Source: Plasmodiophora brassicae
Taxonomy: Eukaryota
Reading direction: 5' to 3'
Length of the DNA: 64,000 nucleotides
Assembly: GCA_036867785.1 (NCBI GenBank)
Contig: CP145410.1
Coordinates: 62,001-126,000 of the forward strand
This document shows, in pieces, positions 58,431 to 64,000 of the stretch (positions are counted from its first letter, which is position 1; every line of letters starts with the position of its first letter). A program made the position numbers and the translations under genes. Under the pieces are notes generated by a model that was not told where the DNA came from, made no database searches, and saw only the letters and a program-made list of their open reading frames with translations.

Positions 58431-61105
58431 ATGGCGTCGTCCGCGACGGCGCAGACCGCCCGGTTCTTTGTCGTCGAGAAGCGGCCGTTCGGGCGGGACT
58501 CCACCAGGATCATCGAGGTTCACCCCGACCTGGAGCAGGTACGGGTGTTCCCTGTTCGGCAGGCAGGCGCTGCTGACGTCGGATGCGGATCGAATCAGGT
58601 TCGTGTGCTGCGCGGCAAGAACCTCAACGTCTTGCATGAGATCCCGTGGATCCACTTTGCCGATGTATGGACTCGCTCGGCCCCGGACCGCAATTCAGGG
58701 CGTTCTGATCCTAGCGTTAGTCGTCCGAGGAAGACGACATGGTGCTGGCCCAGTGGTCGTCGTCGAAATCGGTCCGCTTCCAGTTCAGCTCTCAGACTCT
58801 GAAGCGTACGGATTCGTGCCGTACGCCGACGTGCACATGCCATCAGTAATGCAGTGGACGCCGCGCAGAACAGTTCCTTCGCATGATGTCCCAAGCCAGG
58901 TTGCAATCGCCACACCCGTTCCCGCCACCGGAGACCGAACGTTTCGAGGTTGGCCGCATGCCGCTCCTCGTCCTAAACGGGTCTGACACTTGACGCAGAC
59001 CGTCGGATTGTTGCCTGGGGAAACCATTGTCCATTTGGCCGACCATCTAAGTGTTTGTCGCGCGCAATGCTACCTGGTTCACAGTGGCCGACTGATTGTC
59101 ACCACCTACCGCCTCCTGTTCTCCACGTCTCCCGACCTGGATGCTGCCGATCGTTTCGTTTGTGTCTCGTTTTCGGTGGGTTCGTTGCATATGCGTTTGT
59201 AGGCCTGATGACACTATAGATGTATCTACAGGTAATCCCTCATCTGTCGATCGCAGAGGTTGATCTCAGCCGGGACACGTCATGCCTCACTGTTCATGTC
59301 AAGGACGGTCGAGAAGTCACGTATGACGTCGACGTCCTCGACGACGAGTCAAAAGACCACCTTGTGGACGTTATCGAGCAGCGTGCGTTCGCTTCCTCCC
59401 ATGACCAGTGCTTTGCGCTCCTGTACTGCAGCGCCTTACGCGTTCTACCCGACTGCCCGACGAGCTTCGAGCCGGACACATCCAACGTGTCGTCATATAA
59501 CTTCTGCCCCAGGATGATCGATGACTTGAAACGTGTCGGTCTGCTTGTTGAACCCTGCGGGCCGTGGAGACTGTCTGAGGCAAACACGTATGACGCGTCT
59601 CTGTCCCGCTTCAACGTGCAGGCTAATTGCTGTTTCAGGACATATCGCGTCTGCTCGAGCTATCCGTCTGCCCTCGTGGTTCCTAGCAAGGTCTCCGATG
59701 ATGTCATGGTCGAGTCGGCACAGTTTCGAAGCCAGAGCCGCCTCCCGGTTGCCTGCTGGGCCAACCCCAACGGCTGCGTTATCATGCGAAGTTCTCAGCC
59801 GCGAGCTGGGATTACCGGTTTAAGATCGACTATGGACGAGGTGTGTCAAACCGTGCAGGTTTCAGCGGTTTCCTGACCTGGACCTGTTAGATGATCATCA
59901 ACGAGGCTCGCCTGGCAAATCCCAATAGCAGGGTGCGTACCAATGGTATCAGGTTTGCAACGAGCCGTTGACTCTCTGGCTCTGCAGACCTTCATGATAT
60001 TCGACTTGCGGTCGAAGATGAACGTCATCGGAAACCAGCTGAAAGGGAAAGGGAGCGAGACGCCGACATATTACGCTAACTGTGTGGTCCTCTTCATGGG
60101 CATGAAGAACATACACGCCATACGCGAATCATTCCAGCAAGTGGTAAACCGGGCAACATCGCGAAGCGCTTCGGTGCAGGAAGATGAGTTGCTCTGTGGC
60201 GCAGGTAGAAATGTGTAGGAACCTCGGTGACGACCGCTGGTACGCCAAGCTGGATTCCACTCGGTATCTGCACAACGTGCAGGCTCTGCTGAAGACTTCT
60301 ATCCGTGTTGCTCAGTCGATCCACGAGGATCGCACCTCCGTCTTGATTCACTGCAGCGATGGTACAAGTGCTATGGTCGCCGTCGACCGCGCTCTATAAC
60401 CGTGCTGTGCAATCAGGGTGGGATCGGACGTGTCAGGTGTCAGCCATGACGCAACTGCTGCTGGATCCGTTTTACCGAACGCTCTCCGGGTTCATGGTGC
60501 TCATCCAGAAAGAATGGATCGAGTTTGGCCACCGATTCGCAACTCGTCATGCAGGTCAGCTTCGTTGGATACGTCGGGGGGTCGCCGACCTGACCCATAC
60601 CTGCAGGTGTAGGACGAGGCCAGCGTTCCAAGGCGGAGATATCTCCGATCTTCATGTTATTCCTCGACGCTGTGCACCAAGTGAAGATTCAGTGCCCAGA
60701 GGTACGTCGAGTACCGTTTACATTGTGAAAGTTCGTGTCAAATGGTCGCAACATTGCAGGAGTTCGAGTTCACCCTGCCGTTCCTGTGCGTCCTCGTCGA
60801 TGAATCCTACGGGGGACGATTCGGCAATTTCCTGTGCGACAGCGCGAAAGGTAGCCGTCGAGCCTCATCCACCACCACGTTGTGCTTCGTATGCCACTCA
60901 CCGGTCCGATTCAGAAATCGCTGATTCGCATATACAAACGCGGACAATGTCGATCTGGCATGATCTGGAGCAGCGCCGTGCTGATTTGACCGATGCAACG
61001 TTCCGCCCGACAGACAAACCCATATACCAGCGCGTCAAAGTGTCTGTCCGTCGCCTAACGCTCTGGAACGAATATTTCTGCAGATGGGATCTGGACAGGT
61101 CTTAA
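58431..61105 (+). CDS. Myotubularin-family phosphoinositide phosphatase, multi-exon
   Basis: GRAM-like GRLIVTTYRLLF, CSSYPSALVVP, FRSQSRLP, RSSQP, active site VLIHCSDG|WDRT and LIQKEWIEFGHRF. Confidence 0.92.
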
Positions 61106-61186
61106 TCGAGTAAGCCCAGGGAGTCGCCACCGATGTTTCTAACGCCTGTGCAGGTAGTGTTGTGCGAACAACCCAACAAAGTGTCA

Positions 61187-62217
<1,031 letters not shown>

Positions 62218-62422
62218 TCAAGGCAACTCAGAACATCTCCGCTCTGACCTGCCGATTTGTGCCGGGGGAAACTGCATCGCATCGCCGGGCCGGCGCGCCT
62301 GTCCGCCCGGTGCGGGTGGGTTAGGGTCATACCTGTTTTTGGAGGGATTGTGAATGTATTGGATATGTTGTCGGTCGTGGCGATCGCCTCGGTCGACAGG
62401 GGGGAGGGGGGTCGCCGGCCCG

Positions 62423-63538
62423 TCACATCATGGGCGCGGAGCCGGGGTAGGTGCTGGCGCGTGTGTTCGGTACCATGGACATATTAACGGGCAGGGCGGT
62501 GTCGTCGACAGGGACGGCGCCTGGCCGGGCGAGGACGGGCGGCGGCGGTAGCTTGTTGGCGTCGTAGTACGCGTCCTTGTTGGCGAGGTCGTGGTGGAAT
62601 TCGTTGGCGATCGTGTGGTGCTTGCCGAGGTTCGACGCCAGGTTCTGCATCAGTAGTTGTACGACCTGCCTGTCCATGTTGTCCATGCCTCGAAGTTGGT
62701 CTACGTGGCCGGTTGCGGATGGGTCGAACAGGCTGCCCAGGAACGAGTAGATCTTCTGAAAGTTCGGCGCCTTATTTGCTGTCCGACCGAATCAGGTCGA
62801 CACGTCATGATTGCGCGCCGTTCAACCCGTCTTACCGTCGTTGCCGTCCCCCTTCTTGTCTTCGCTGGAATGGGCAGCGATCGCCTGTTGCAGGTAGAAC
62901 TGGGCCTGGCTCAGTTGTTCCTGTTGCAGTTCGGCCAGCTGTTGGCGTTCCCACAGGGCCCACTGCAGGGAGTTGCCGACGGAAGCCTGCTGGATCATGG
63001 GTGTCGTGGCCGGCGCGATTTGATGGACGATGCTGCTGGCGGGAGTTCCGAACGGGTACGCGGCCGCTATGTAATCCGGGCTGCTCATCGGGGAGCCGTT
63101 CGCCAACTGGAAATCGGCGGGCATCTTTGGCTTTGGCCGGTCCCGGACGACCTTCGGGTACGGCTTCTTTGATCGGCGCTTGGGTCTCGGCGGCGGAATG
63201 CAGTCCTGCTTGCCGCTCTTCTGCATCTTGAGGAAGTACTTCTGCGCGTGCGACCTGATCTGTATCACGGTCTTCGTCTTGATGTGCGATTCGATCTGTT
63301 TCCATTCCCGTTCGAACAGCTGCAGCGCTTCGAGGAACAGGTCGTGCTCCTCTTCCGTCCACGATTCTCGAGGCTTCGTTATCGTGTACGGCTTCCTGGC
63401 CTTCTTCTGCTCCTTCTGCGACACCCCGGCGTGAGCCTTCCCGGTTACATGGTGGAGGTGCTCCAGTCTGCTCACCTTCGACTGCTTGCCACTAGATTGG
63501 GTGTCGACCTCTTTGCGGTCGAGGCTATGGTCCGCCAT
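62423..63538 (-). CDS. SHAQKYF single-Myb transcription factor, REVEILLE8/LCL-like
   Basis: [36 protein letters not shown]...[13 protein letters not shown]...PPPRPKRR; exon 2 encodes [16 protein letters not shown]...[10 protein letters not shown]. Confidence 0.88.
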
Positions 63539-64000
63539 GATGGGCTCCAGTGTCGCTAGGGGCACTGGCGGCGGCCCGCGCGCTAGACGCTAGTGGCACG
63601 GGCGGGTTCGGGTGCGGACAATGCCACCGGCGACCACGACGCGAGGCCCTCGGCTTAGGGCAATTGATTAGGTAAGGCCGGGGATCGAACTGGAGTCCCT
63701 GTGCTCGCTCCCCAGGGGTACCCTTAATAGAGGGTTGATCCGGAAGGAGACGCCCTTGGAGCTCGGGGACGGCCCGGTGCGCTTTGCGGAGCCGGTTGGC
63801 CGGTATGCCGCGCGATCTCGGCCTGTGTCGACCGCGCGTGTGGCACCAACCCTTTGAATCTATTCGTATGCCGCCTTCTTTGACTCGCAGCAGTAGGTCA
63901 GCCCGGTGAGGCGCGGCCAACCCGGGACAAGAAGCGCCGTCCGCCTGCCGGGGATGCAACGCAGGACACCTGCTCGAACTGCACGTGTCACAGCGAGACG

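Noticed and set aside
63670-63750. tRNA on the minus strand (GTTCGATCCC B-box-like motif)
   Set aside because: The T-stem does not pair and no acceptor stem or D-arm can be built.
63730-63756. SRP RNA helix 8 (TCC-GGAA-GGA hairpin)
   Set aside because: The conserved CAGG/AGCA internal loop is missing and no Alu domain is visible.

Overview
GC-rich, gene-dense eukaryotic DNA with about 33 protein-coding genes broken by short (mostly ~50-65 nt) spliceosomal introns, so most six-frame ORFs are exon fragments or antisense shadows. The compact layout and gene content suggest a protist; a phytomyxid such as Plasmodiophora is my best guess and is inference only. Recognisable genes: HID1, an AlkB-like dioxygenase, cobalamin-dependent methionine synthase, a two-Myb protein, a K+ channel, RPL27, RPL6, an S10 carboxypeptidase, a DOCK GEF, pentafunctional AROM, a C2H2 protein, MCCC2, a CCCH protein, Rab6, short-form RNase Z, CapZ-alpha, a ZnT/CDF transporter, a 7TM-RGS protein, an HROB-like protein, PhLP3/TXNDC9, NDUFAF6, a Sel1-repeat protein, a myotubularin and Rab2. 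Most notable: (1) an F-box fused to a catalytically degenerate kinesin motor domain; (2) an EST1/SMG6-type scaffold carrying a Regnase-type NYN nuclease; (3) a REVEILLE8-like SHAQKYF Myb with the LCL domain; (4) a minisatellite-encoded Trp-rich uORF in frame with and just upstream of AROM; (5) a 645-bp element with terminal inverted repeats and an 8-bp target-site duplication; (6) a three-exon stefin that the ORF track misses; (7) a cluster of AAGTCGACTT palindromes. No rRNA, tRNA or CRISPR array was found. Gene coordinates are hand-spliced start-to-stop spans including introns.
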